A stretch of DNA of 64,000 nucleotides, from positions 188,356,001 to 188,420,000 of the forward strand of contig NC_042997.1 of NCBI RefSeq assembly GCF_006345805.1. Direction: 5' to 3'. This DNA is from Octopus sinensis. Its lineage: Eukaryota. The notes under the pieces are model-generated. The model saw only the letters and a list, made by a program, of their open reading frames with translations, did not search any database and had not been told where the DNA came from. A program made the position numbers and the translations under genes. Below are positions 23,686 to 37,100 of the stretch, piece after piece (the first letter of the stretch is position 1; each line of letters begins with the position of its first letter).

Positions 23686-24317
23686 AATGAGTGGCTGTGT
23701 GGTAAGTAGCTTGCTTACCAACCACATGGTTCCGGGTTCAGTTCCACTGCATGGCACCTTGGGCAAGTGTCTTCTACTATAGCCTCGGGCCAACCAAAGC
23801 CTTATGAGTGGATTTGGTAGACGGAAACTGAAAGAAGCCCGTCGTGTGTATGTATATATATATATATATAGTAAGGAAAATTTTATATATTTTATCAATT
23901 TCTCATTTTATTAAAATTTTCTTTCATTTGAGCATTCTGCATTTTTAAAAAAAATTTTCCTTACTTATCATTTCTCCACGTGCGGTCAACACAACCCCAC
24001 CATTTATTGATCTATATTATATATATATATATATATATATTATGTGAAATAGAAAGATGAATAATCTTGTAGTAGATTAATCAAAAGTTTAACCGATACC
24101 TTAGTAGCAAAAGAGTTCGATTGTTTTTTGCTCTGCCTCTGTTCTGTTTTGTTTTTCCAACGGATTTCCTTTTTTCTTCCTGAAGAGAAAGACACAATAT
24201 GGTCCCATTATTCAATCGGATTTTGGTAATTTGTGCCTTTCGAACACGTGTAGAATGAAATAAAACGATTTCTGTTCAATCTGCGTTCAGCTCCATTTCT
24301 TCAATTCACCAATAATA

Positions 24318-24380
<63 letters not shown>

Positions 24381-24595
24381 ATATATATGTATGTGTGTAT
24401 ATGTTTGTCCCCGCAACATCGCTTGGCAGCCGATGCTGGTGTGTTTACGTCCCCGCAACTTAGTGGTTCGGCAAAAAAGACTGATAGAATAAGTACTAGG
24501 CTTACAAAGAATAAGTCCTGGGGTCGTTTTGCTCAACTAAAGGCAGTGCTCCAGCATTGCCACAGTCAAATGACTGAAACAAGTAAAAGAGTAAC
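23686..24595 (+). mobile_element. Microsatellite-containing SINE split at its central (TA)n by about 550 bp of insertions
   Basis: Head half 23686-23850 and tail half 24390-24595 are colinear with intact copies. Confidence 0.7.
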
Positions 24596-24989
24596 TAGTT
24601 TTGAACTAGTATTTCTAACTTAACCCTTTTAACACCAATCCACCTTTTAGTCTATAAACAAGACAACCTGGTTTGAAAGGGTTTACATTTAATGAAAAAT
24701 TATCTAAAATAATTTCAAAAATCTTTTGTTATGTACCTAACACCAGATTCAAAATGAAAAAAATGCTATTTTACTAAATTCCACCAAATTCTTATTTTCA
24801 AAATCAATTGTAACACATAGAGTATTCAGTATGAGAACATTAGGATATTTTCCTTAGGTTTACACAGAAAATACTTTGTGTTAGAATGAGAAAACTCTTA
24901 GTTTATGTACTTGCATCTTTTGCCTCCTAGACAATATTTACCAGATCATTTAAAATGCTTATTTCAGCTGCTGTTGTTTAGCTCCAGGT

Positions 24990-25295
24990 TTGATCTCTGA
25001 CCAAATGAATTCCAGCCACAACCATCTTGCTTTTTTCACTCTCTTAAAAAAAAAGTGTAATTTGAGAGAGATTGAGCCATTCTTTTGAGCAATTATATAT
25101 TCTCAAATACTAATCTTAATCTGTGGTCATTTGGCACACTCCTTGATCTCTGACCATATGAATTCCAGCCACAACCATCTTGCTTTTTTCACTCTCTTTA
25201 AAAAAAAATGTAATTTGAGAGAGATTGAGCCATTCTTTTGAGCAATTATATGCTCTCAAATACTAATCTTAATCTGTGGTCATTTGGCACACCCC
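24990..25295 (+). repeat. Tandem duplication, 2 x 153 bp
   Basis: Units start ttgatctctgacca at 24990 and 25143; only a handful of differences. Confidence 0.95.
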
Positions 25296-25362
25296 TATTC
25301 ACCTTGCAATACTGATGGTTATAAATTCTCATCTCAGTGATACTGCTGCTAGAATGATATAG

Positions 25363-25583
25363 TTACCCCTTTCATTACTGTATTTATTTTGAGATACTCT
25401 GTTTCTTTCAATTACTTTAAATATAACAAAGAATTTAGTAAAATAACTTAGTTATCATTAAGCTAGTGTTAGGAAACATAAATTGTGACTAAGGTTTGGT
25501 GGAAGATTTTAATTCAAAACTTATGATAACAAGACATTTGTACTCAGAGCCGGTTTCAGCTGGGTTGGTAACGAAAGGGTTAA
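25363..25583 (-). mobile_element. CCCTTTCGTTAC MITE
   Basis: Reverse complement of 5697-5924. Confidence 0.8.
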
Positions 25584-26260
25584 AGTTCGTTTTTTAATAT
25601 CACTAACTGATAGATTGGTGAGTATGTGAAAATTCTGGTTATGATTCCTAGTATATCTTGTGTTTAAACACCAGAAATTCATACATTCATACAGATATTT
25701 AGTAAATGTTTTAAACAGAAGTCCTGATTATATTGCTTAGCCTTAGCCTTAGTGGAAAGCAATTGAATACTTGTTGCAATAAAGAGGCCTGATGTGAGAG
25801 ACTAAACCTAGTAAGGTTAGCTGTCAGGTCTCAAACCCTCAGCAAGTTAGGACATGTCTACCCAAGTATGTAAAGCTAATGCTGACAGAAAGAGGATGAG
25901 AAGAGCACTAAAAAAAAAAGCAGTTTTAGCAAATAATGTACAATGAGGTCACCAAGACACTATGGAAGTCCTGGTTAACTTCAGCATCTAACCATCTTAC
26001 CTCTGGATCAAACAGGCTTGGATGAGAGAGTGAAGGCAACAACATGCAACTGTCCCTCACTTAAATTCATCTGCAAGTCATGACAATCTTGTTCCTACAA
26101 CTCAAATCCACTAATGAAGTCCATGGGTCCATCCCATGGATGAACAAGAAGACGAGGAGAAAATGCTCTGTTTGATTATCTGTCTGGGTGACTACAAGTT
26201 GAACTCTTCATAGCTGAATGGTTAGGATCAATTAATAATTAATGCTATTAATGTGAGTAA

Positions 26261-26360
26261 GGTAGCAAGCTAGTAGAATCATTAGCATGCCAGGCCTAAT
26301 GCCTAGTGGCATTTTGTCCATCTTTATATTTAGAGTTCGAATGCCACTGGGGTCAACTTT
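26261..26360 (+). mobile_element. Tail-less SINE head flanked by a perfect 15-bp direct repeat
   Basis: tattaatgtgagtaa at 26246-26260 and 26361-26375. Confidence 0.65.
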
Positions 26361-26846
26361 TATTAATGTGAGTAAAGATTAACAACCAGTGTGGAGGATA
26401 CAAAGGCTAAGAGAACTAAAAGCTGTTCTTAATCAGCCAGATTGATAGGGTTAAGTCACTGGTCCATTTTTTGTTACTATCTTAACAGCGTCCTTGGTTA
26501 TAAGTTGCCAAATGGTCAATCAATGGTTCACTTCATTGCAAAGTAACAAGCGAGTGTTTGTGCAACTTGGATGGATAAATATCATAAGATATTCTTGTTC
26601 AATAACATTGGTTCAATCGGCTGTTTTCTCACTGATGCATACATTTTCCCCCAAAATAAACGCACATATGTAAATATGTATATACATAACTGGCTTCTGT
26701 ACAGTTTCCATTTACCAAATTTCATTCATAAAGCATTGCTTAATATGGGGTTTACACTTGCATAAGCCATGTAAAAGAACTTGGAATGTTGGGCCTCCAA
26801 CCAGGCCTTTTGCGATATTCTTAAAGCCAGAAACTTTTAGGTATCC

Positions 26847-26886
<40 letters not shown>

Positions 26887-27180
26887 CCTCACAAATACAT
26901 ATATAAATATAATACTCAAAGACTGGAAACATAATTTTAAATTTGCAGTTAATAGCAAAGATTTCAGCCTCTAATAAATATGATGAAACTCTGCATCTTG
27001 TATTTAATACTTTTTCCTCTTTTTTTGCACAAATATTTCTCCCAGCCATTAAACTTATATATAAATGTTTTTTCTTTGTTTGATAGTAAGAATGAGTACA
27101 TAACAACAATACTCAATTTCAGAACAAAATGTATTAAATTAGAAAAGTACTTTATTCACACATATCCATCAACAATAATA

Positions 27181-28018
27181 CAAGGGTGGGGTGACTATGA
27201 AACAGTGATGCAAGAGCTGTGAAATCTTGCATGCATTAATTTCATCTCTTTTTATTAATACTGCATCATTTCTTTCAGGGTAAAGTGATATTTGACTGTT
27301 CAAAGAAGGCTTCAAAAGTAACTAGATGTGACTTTTCTTGAAAATGCACAAAATCTGGCATTATACTGTTTCAAGTACTAGCAGAAAAATAGTTTAGCTC
27401 CTGAAGGCATTCATGATGAAATGGTTGCTACATTAGAGGATGATGCTCCAGCTTTATCAACAGTGTAAAAGTGGGTAGCTGAATTTAGAAGGGGAACATG
27501 ACCCAAGGTTTGGACGTCCTGCAACTGCTGTTATCAGGGAAAACATTGATCATGTTCACCACATAATAGATGACAGGCAATTGATTTAAATCAAATCACC
27601 AATGCTATTATTGTATCCCACGAGAGAGTTGAGAATATTCTGCACAATACACTTGGGCTGGAAATGGAGATCTCCAGGTTCAAATTCTTGAATGGCTAAT
27701 GGTTATTGTGGCTTTTAACTGGTTGATTACCCTCCATATTCTTGTGATTTGGCCCCAACTGACTATCATCTATTCCCCAACATGAAAAAACACTTGGCTG
27801 GGAACCAGTATCACAGTGATGATGACATCATATCTGCTGTTGGTAATATTATTTTGAGCAATAGAATGAAGGCTTTTTCACCAATTGGATCCAAGCACTG
27901 CAACACCAATGGAAGAAGTATGTGGGTCACAAGGAGGACTATGTTGAAAAATAAACCTCATTTGGTCATATTCAATGACAGTAACCCAGTCAGCCTATTA
28001 ACTTTCCTGTTGGCCCTC
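27181..28018 (+). mobile_element. Internally deleted mariner transposase pseudogene
   Basis: IHDEMVATLEDDAPALSTV*KWVAEFRRG..PRFGRP...; C-terminal PPYSCDLAPTDYHLFPNMKKHLAG (YSPDLAP motif), then GIQALQHQWKKYV...DYVEK*. Confidence 0.85.
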
Positions 28019-28679
28019 ACAGGTCTTGTTAAATTTCTTCAACCACATCATTTATTTTTATTCTACACTGGCATAAAATAAATCTTTAGTTTCAGCCTAG
28101 TAACAGACAAATTTACTGCCAAGAACTTTTCTCCAATTTTTTTAGCAAATTATCTTACAATTTTTAACTTCTTTCTTTCTCACTACAAATTGGTTAATGC
28201 TAACTGCTATGAGCAAATAAAAGTCCAATACAAAATAAAATTTTATATAATTTTTTTGTTTGTTTTCTTTTTAGTTATATCCTGTTTTACTGCCTACAAC
28301 CCTTACCGAAGGGAATTAATAACAATTTTTAATGAGTAGAATTGCAGCAGATAATTATTTAAAATAAAGCACTTTGCTTAAGGACTCAGGTAATGTATAG
28401 AACTCACCAGGACTTAATAAGATAATTCTGTATTACACTGCTAATTTCATGAAGTTGAATTAAATTTCCAAGGTTACAATTAACCATTTACACAGTACAC
28501 ATTTTGGTCTTCCAGGTTTGTCATCTCCATCGTTTGAACTCCTAGACCTAATGTACATCAAGGAGTTAAAGCGCAAGCCATATACTAGAGTTGATATAAT
28601 CAACCCTTTTCAACTAAAATAGCTGGCCTTCTGCCAAAATTCAAACATCATTAGGAGGAGGAGAAAGAGGAGGAAAGCA

Positions 28680-29780
28680 GTGGATTGGCAGAACCATTAG
28701 AGTGATAGAGGAAAAATGCCTTGTGGTATTTGACACCCAACACCACTGGGAGGTGGCCCTCGAAGTCGCTGGAAATGGAGATCTCCAGGTTCAAATTCTT
28801 GAACGGCTAATGGTTACTGTGCATGACTGTGACTTTTAACTGGTTGATCACCCTCGTGATTTGGCCCCAAGTTCAAATCTTACCAAGATCAACTTTACTT
28901 TCATTCCAAAGGAATTGATAGAATCAAGTACCAGTTTAGTACTGATCTAAATAGTTGGCCTTGTGCCTACATTAGAAGAAATTATTACGTTGGTGAATTG
29001 GTAGAACTATTATTAAATTGTCAGAAAAAAAAATGACTAGCAGTCTTTCTTGGGGGTTGATTGAGTACCAGTCAAGTATTAACTAATTTCCACCTTTCAA
29101 AATTACTAACCTTGTGCCTAAATTAGAAAGAATTATTGCTATAATTATTAGAAATGGCAATAGCAGGCTGGTAGACTCATTAGTGCATCTGAGAAAATAC
29201 TTTGCAGTATTTGTTCTCACCCTTTATGTAGTCAGTTCAAATCCCACTATGATCAGCTTTGTCTTTCATTCTTCCGGGGGTGGCTAAAAGTACCAGTGGG
29301 GTCAGTGGTATCAACCTTCCCCTCCTATCAAAATTGTTGGCCTTGAGCCTAAATTAGAAGATATTATAGCTTCAAATTTTGGTACAGCAGTTTTGGAGGA
29401 AGAGCTGATTACATTGACTCCAGTATTTGACTGGTACTTATTTTATCAATCTCAAACGGATGAGAGGTTGACTTTTAGACATTTGAGCACTGGGATTCAT
29501 GTAATTGACTAGGTGCTCCTCTAAAACAATTTCAGGCCTTGTTCCTATAGTAGAAAGGATTATTATTATAAGGTTGGTGGATTGGCAGATCATAAGTGCA
29601 TCAGAAAAATGCCTCCTGGTATTTCCTGCTAATTTTTAATGTTCTAAGTTTAAACCCCATCAAAGTCAACTAAAGTTTTATCTTTCCAGTACTGGGGAAG
29701 ACAGAAGTTGATGGTACCAACTAAGCTCCTCCCTTAAATTTCAGGCCTTGTGCTAAGTTCATAAATAATAATAATGATGG
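28680..29780 (+). mobile_element. Head-to-tail array of about 5 degenerate TTCTGAGTTCAAAT SINEs
   Basis: Repeated ...ggccttgtgcctaaattagaaagaattatt unit ends. Confidence 0.7.
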
Positions 29781-30867
29781 TCACTCCTGTTGATTTCAAT
29801 GTATGAGTGTTTGAAGGAGGATTTAAAAAAAAAGAAAAGAATAAAAGACAAAAACAACTTTAAATATAAAAGTAGCTGCATCTATTTATGATAGATGCAT
29901 GAATGTAATTTGAGTCCAGGCATGGATTTTGCTACGAAGTCACAATGAGGACACACACACATGGCTTTATTTTTACCTGGGACAAGGCAAATGTGTCTGC
30001 TGATTGCAGGATAATTTTTTTGTTATTGTTCTGTTTCTTCAGCTCAAATTGTTTTGAAGCATCATGACATATGTTACACCATGCAGATTGATCTAGGCAA
30101 TAACTTTCTCAAGATGTCAAATTAAGTTGTAGAGATTTTAGTTATTGCTTCAAATTTTCCTTATATTTAAGTACAGGTGGTATCCTTCTATTTGTTGGCC
30201 ATACAAAAAAATTTTCAGAATGCAATCATCTTTTCATTCAAATATGTCCTAACCATCTGCACTGAATTCTCAGCAGCATGCATTTGATACTGGAGATATC
30301 ACATTTTCCTAATATTCTGACATTTGATATCTTATCTTGCCATTTTATATTGTAGATATTGCAGACAACCATGTGCAAGTTTCAAGTTTTTTTTTATATG
30401 TTTGTAATAGGGAGTCTATGCTTGTGCTCAAAATACAAGATTTATATACACTTATTTTAGTTTACAGACTGACACTCTGTTCATCCCACAAACAATGGGA
30501 AAGTTTTCCAAAAGCACTTTGTAGCCTTAGTTATTCTAACACTGATTTCGTCATCAAGAATACTTTTAAAGTTTACTGTACTTCCAAGATATTTAAATGA
30601 CCTGACCCATTTCAATAATATTCAAATAAAGGGCAGTGAACTGACAGAACAAGTTAAGCACAAGAGGAAAATTTTCTAGAAGTATTTAGTTTGTTTTTCA
30701 CTTATTCTGAGTTCAAATCCAACCAAGATTGATCCCTCCAAAATTGAAGTAACTGACAAGACTCCTCCCACTAAATTGGAGTCGTTAGCACACTGGGCAA
30801 AACTGCTTAGCAGTATTTCTTCTGGTATTTTACTTTGAGCTCAACTTTGCCTTTCATCTTTTCAGGA

Positions 30868-31387
30868 TTAACCCTTTCCTTACCAACCCGGCTCTGGCTC
30901 TGAGTACAAATGTCTTGTTTTCATAAGTTTTGAATTAAAATCTTCCACTGAACTTAAGTCACAATTTATGTTCCTAACACTAACTGAATGATGATGATCA
31001 TCATCATCGTTTAACGTCCGTTCTCCATGCTAGCATGGCTGCACCAGGCTCCAGTCTTATCTGGCAAGGTTTCTACAGCTGGATGCCCTTCCTAAGGCCA
31101 ACCACTCCGTGAGTGTAGTGTGTGCTTTTTACATGCCACCTGCACAGGTGCCAGGCGAGGCTGGCAACGGCCACGGTCGGATTGGTGTATTTTACTAAAT
31201 TCATCAACATCATCGTTTAACGTCCACTTTCCATGCTAGCATGGGTTGGACGATTTTGACTGAGGGCTGGCGAACCAGATGACTGCACCAGACTCCAATC
31301 TGATCTGGCAGAGTTTCTTTGTTATATTTAAAGTAATTGAAAGAAACGCAGAGCATCTCAAAATAAATATAGTAACGAAAGGGTTAA
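30868..31387 (+). mobile_element. CCCTTTCGTTAC MITE interrupted by two RTE 3'-end insertions
   Basis: TTAA ends; MITE pieces at 30868-30993, 31188-31202 and 31315-31387. Confidence 0.75.
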
Positions 31388-31419
31388 GTATCAGAATTTG
31401 AAGTATTATCATCAGAAGA

Positions 31420-32060
31420 TAGTGAGCTGGCAGAATCATTAGCCCATCAGACAAAATGCTTCACAGCATTTATTCTGAATTGAAATTCTGATGAGGTTGA
31501 CTTTGCCTTTCAAGGGTGATAAAATAAGTACCTATTTCTTTACTACCCACAAGGGGACAAACAAATGGATTAAGTCGATTATATTGATCCCAGTGCATAA
31601 CTGGTACTTAATTTAACGACCCCGAAAGGCAAAGTTGACCTCGGCGGAATTTGAACTCAGAATGTAACGGCAGACGAAATACCACTAAGCATTTCGTCCA
31701 GCATACTAACGTTTCTGCCAGCTTGCCGCCTTCTGATGAAATAAGTACCAGTCAAGCACTGGGATCAATGTAATCAACTTAGCCCCTCCTCAAAATTGCT
31801 GGCCTTGTGCCAAAATTTGAAACCATTTTTATTATGAGAAGGCTGCAAGCTGGCAGGATGGTTAGCGTGCAGGACAAAATATATAGTGGCATTTTGTCTG
31901 TCTTTACGTTCCAAGTTCAAATTCTGCTGAGGCCAACTTTGTCTTTCATCTTTTCAGGGTTGATTAAATAAGTATCAGTTGGGCACTTGGGGGTAATATA
32001 ATTAACTAGCCCCTCTGCATCATATTTCGGGCCTTGTGCCTATAGTAGAAAGGATTATTA
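31420..32060 (+). mobile_element. Two + strand SINEs, the first carrying an antisense SINE (31533-31733) with a 16-bp target-site duplication
   Basis: tgataaaataagtacc at 31517-31532 and tgatgaaataagtacc at 31734-31749. Confidence 0.75.
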
Positions 32061-32999
32061 GAATATTGCAGGACACTTTGAACAAAGGGTGCATGTTCAT
32101 CAGAAACACATGTAAGTTAGATGCCTCATTTAAGAGCAAAATTCCAATAGTAGCTTTCAGTTGTTTTGTTATTTTCTTTCACGAAGCAATCCAATCTGTG
32201 ACTATTTACTTACCATATTTTATAAGAGACAAAAAAAAAAAAAGTAAAAAGAAACAAACAAAATAAGATCATGAAATATTAGAAGGATGACAGGAAATAA
32301 GAACACGTGGCAAATTCTACGACAAAGAGCAAACACCTGTACAAGTTCCTTTATTAGATAAATAATGATCACATGAAAGGACTACTGTACATATTGGAGA
32401 GGAGTTATCGTCGTCAAGACAACTAAAGTTGTAGAGGTGGTGAAGTAGCGGTGGATGCAGCTGCATTGGGCATTGGCATTGTCTGACTGCACATTCTTGT
32501 GGCAATCCATATACACTATGATGACAGTCATACAAGTAAAGTCCAACTGACGTAGCTGCCATAAGAATAGAGGACCAAACAATATCAGTTTCTGATCACA
32601 CACACACACGCATACATATGCAAACATACACACACACATGCAAACGTGCACACACATACACACACACACGCGTGCATGTGTATGTTTGTGAGCATTAGAG
32701 GTAGAGAGTAAATGGCTGAAAAGATGAATCCTTCAAAATAGTCGCCCCATTTTATTATTGTAATAAAGGATTAAAATAAACCTCAGTTACTGATAAAAAA
32801 AAAATGAGTTGTTAAAGCATCTTTTAGTTTAACAATAGTTCAGATGTTAGAGAGAGAGAGAGAGAGAGAGAGGAGAGGGGGGGAGAGAAGAAATAAGTGG
32901 TATACATCAAAAGATAATTGAACCTCTGGAATCCCTACAAAGTTTAGAATTGCTAATTTCTGTGATATTTTAATCAATACAATTAAGTTGGTTTCTTTT

Positions 33000-34127
33000 T
33001 TGTGTCTGGTACATATTTAAAAAAAAATATTTTTGACATTTCTTTTGAGCAAGTAATGAAAAATTTATCTGGTGAACAAATGTTTACTAACTTAATTTTA
33101 TTTTTAACACTTCTGAATAAATACTCCAGGAAAAAAAATGCAGCCATGAATTAGCTCAGTCATAGATTAAAGAAGTTATTTTCTAGCTAAAGTAAAAATT
33201 CACCAATGTATGGCAAAATTAAATGGATCACACTGTAAGAAGAAATGGAACTTGCTAGAAGAAAAGAACGAAAAAAAAAAAAGATCCTTAAAAACTGAAA
33301 TGAATGAACTCAAATAAGAATTTGATTCCAAAAAGAAACAATATTAGTTAACCTAGTTTACTTTAATTAAAACCAGTTTCCTTTTAATTTATTCCAAAAT
33401 TATAACTGAGGTAGAAATTGGAAGGTATAAACTGAAAAAGTTTTTTTTAAATCCATGCGTTTGGAAACCCACCCTACTTCTTTTCTATTAAAACTTATTT
33501 ATTTATCACAAAATGGACTGTTAAGCCCAGAGAACCATTCTGAAATTGAAATTTGTTTTTATGAAAACAAAGATTAAAACACCCCTATGACAATTTGGAT
33601 ATTTCTTCCTTTAGCTTCTCTCTTTTATTATTCCTTTTTTTCTTTCCATTTACTTACCCAGATGAACATTTTAAAATACATTTCCCCATTAATTTCATGT
33701 ACAAAGAACCATTTATTTGTTTTGGAAAGAACCAAAGAGACAAAAAAAAAAATAAAAAAATAAAAATAAAAATTCCTGCCAAAGCCAGAATCTGCTGACA
33801 GCAAAATGCTTCAAGCAAAAAGTCAAATGAAATACTTTGCAAATACCCTAAGAAACAATTAAAAAGTTACTGGCGTTATAAAATTCTTACAACAGAATTG
33901 GGAGGGACAGAGGATTAAACTAGCAAATTTTAAACTACACACAAATATAGCTTAAAAATTGATGGATCTTCCAATATAAAGATATATACATACATACATA
34001 CATATATATATACACACACACACATATACATACATATATATATATATATACATATAGATATATATATACACATATAGATATATATATACACACATACATA
34101 TATATATACATAGGTATATGTACACAC

Positions 34128-34174
<47 letters not shown>

Positions 34175-37100
34175 CATACACACACAACACACATACATTA
34201 TATATATATATATATATGTATGTATATATCGACTTTTCAATTGCATTTTGCTCTTTTCTCCTCTGACTACTTCAATTTTTCCTAAAACCAGAATTAGTTG
34301 ATTTATTTACATCCAAATAAAGGAGAAAGGTGAATAAGATTTAATATCAGAACCTAATTTGTGAACTGAAAAGTTAGTTATGAAATGTTTTAATGAATGA
34401 TGATAATGAGAAGAAAAATATTTTCTGAAAAATTCTTTTTGTTAGTATATCCGATATTGATTTGATAACGATGAAGAACATTATGAAAATAATACTTTTT
34501 CTAAAAAAAATTTTCTTCATTCTTGAAACAAAAAAAAAAAATCTTGCAGCTTTGAAAATTGTAGTATTTATAAAATCAAGAACAGGAGCATTCATATGAT
34601 TGGTCTATTGAAGCAATGTAAATCAACAGATTGTTGAAAATATTATTTCAAAGCTCACTGTGTATGATATGAAATGAATGATTTCTTAGATATAAAAACT
34701 TAAGTAAACAGGACTAAGTCTAATGCCATTGATATAAGAATCGTAATGAGAAATGAACTTATGCTCAATGGATTATATATTTTCTTCATTAACAAGAATA
34801 AAACAAAGTAGATACCTTCCAATATAATACTCAAGACATAAAACATATAGAGTTAATATACATTTATTTATACAAATGATAACACTATAGTCATTTCATC
34901 TGAAGGTCTTATGAAGTATGATACATATTTTACAGTATTCATGTAGCTATAATGGCATGATATGGGAATTGCATATAGCCATATCCATTGCTTCTTACAA
35001 AATAAATATTGATTTCTTTTGCTCGGGCTCAAGGCCCTTTTCTGTTTACTCTAACTTTATCAGTTTTAGAAAGATTAAAAATGAAATTAACCTCATGCAA
35101 ACACCCAGACAGAATTTTTTGAAACAGGAATGTGAAACTCCAACCAAGAGGCTATAAAATAACAACTCTTACATTCTACTATTTACTCCAAACCTAAAAC
35201 CTCATAAGAGAAATGATTATGAAATAAAAGATAATAAATATAATTGAGATAGTAAATATTAACAGTATTAAGAAGAAATCCATTATAGTTTTTTTATATC
35301 AACAATTTTCGCTTATTAACTTAATTTCCCTCTAGAAGAAATGCAATTATGCATTGATGGTTTTAATCTCTCAGATACAAACCTAAGATTCTAAGCAACA
35401 ATTGTTAGAAAAACAAAAAGAATACAAATCTGCCTTTTAAGTAATTAATATTGGGGAATTATAATTGATTTCTACCAAAACTAACTGGGGAAATGGTCAA
35501 TCCCTGATTGCTGTATTAATAAGAGTTAATGAAAAGCTTTTTGGGTGGGGCAGATTCTGGTTGAAGATCTGTCAGAGTAGAGATGCAGTTGTTGGACTTG
35601 TAAGGAGTATGTGATATATAAAAAGATGTAGACTGCTTTAAATTTTAGAGTAGATTTAAGAAAATAACTTAAAACTATAGTGAGGTGAGAAGCTGCAAAG
35701 ATATAGAGATTTGTTTGATGTATAGGAGAAATATGGGGGTGGAGGGTGAAATGTACAATGAGATGCAATGATGTAAAAATAAGTAATGATGAAATACATT
35801 AGTGATATAATGTTTTGCTTTTTTGTCTTTTTTGTGGGTGGGGTTTATACAATATTAATGAACCTGTCTTTGAAAATAATTTTTAAAAAAAATGTTCTTT
35901 TGCTGCAAAGTTTGGAAAAAAGGTATAAAATCTGTCTTGCAACAGAACTGTGAACCCAGACAATAATGAATGATTTCAGAAACGTAATAATGAGGGGAGA
36001 AATAATTATAAAGGATTCAGCTACGTCAGTTACCTTAAAACATTGAATTCAGATATACAAGATGATTTAAGCCCATGAAAAATATATACACACACAAAAG
36101 GAGAAAAAAATAAAAATAAAATGGGCCTCACCCCCAACCCTCTTAACTGTTATGACAAATCACACTTTCCTTTCATTCAGTTAATAATGTTGTACAGTCA
36201 CTTATATTCCAACATATGTACCTGTGCAAGCAATCATTCATCAAGTGTAGGGGGGGGGGGAAATTCTAGATGATGTGAAACATTAATAAAAAAAAAAGCA
36301 AGCTATTATACTATTATCAATGGTGAGTTTTTTTTTTCATATTTTCAAACCATATTTATATATATAATTTTTAATTATTTTAAATGTCATTCTTTTAAAG
36401 TCTTACTCCACATATTTAGTTAAAAATAATTTTTGAAAACACCAACAATTCAACAAATCTAAAAGTGGTTGGCTTAAAATATACAATTTCAGAATTCTTT
36501 GATACTGCCCTTTACGGTAGTTTATTGTAGTGATATGTTGGTGAAGGACCTGACACAGGTAAAATGGAGAAGATTTTTTTCTTAACTGCAAAAATTTTTC
36601 TGGCAGCAATATTTTAAATATGCTACAACAATGACATAAGTAATAGTACTAAACAGCTGTTCTGCATGTATACGCACACATTTGTGTGCGTGCATGTGTG
36701 TGTATACATACACACACATCTATATATATATACATATATATCACGTGACCGACCAGACCATCAGATGTTGTTACACATCGCTGGTCACAATGCGTTTGCA
36801 TTGTTTTAGCCTTTGAATGACGCCACCCCGCTGGCTAAGCGAGCAGGCCAATATACATATATATATATATATATTGATGTGTGTGCATATCTATCCACAC
36901 ACATAAACAAACACATGCATACACCTTCTTTTAAAAGCTAAGTTGAGGAAATGCCAATAAATTAAGTCAAATACTTTGCTGTTGCAGTCACAAATTAACA
37001 ATAATTATGTGGGTTTTTTCATTCTCACTGTTTGTGCTCTCTTTCAAATAACACATTCAAGACCTCCCCATAAAATAAATTGCATACATACATACACACA

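Noticed and set aside
24176-24200. CCTGAAGA hammerhead-like word in the (TA)n-embedded element
   Set aside because: No stem II/GAAA/stem III arrangement follows.
707-34246. Many ORF-track entries with YYYY, VCVC, HTHT or YIYI runs (e.g. 707-925, 3500-3783, 33930-34246)
   Set aside because: They are translations of microsatellites and SINEs, with no splice or homology support.
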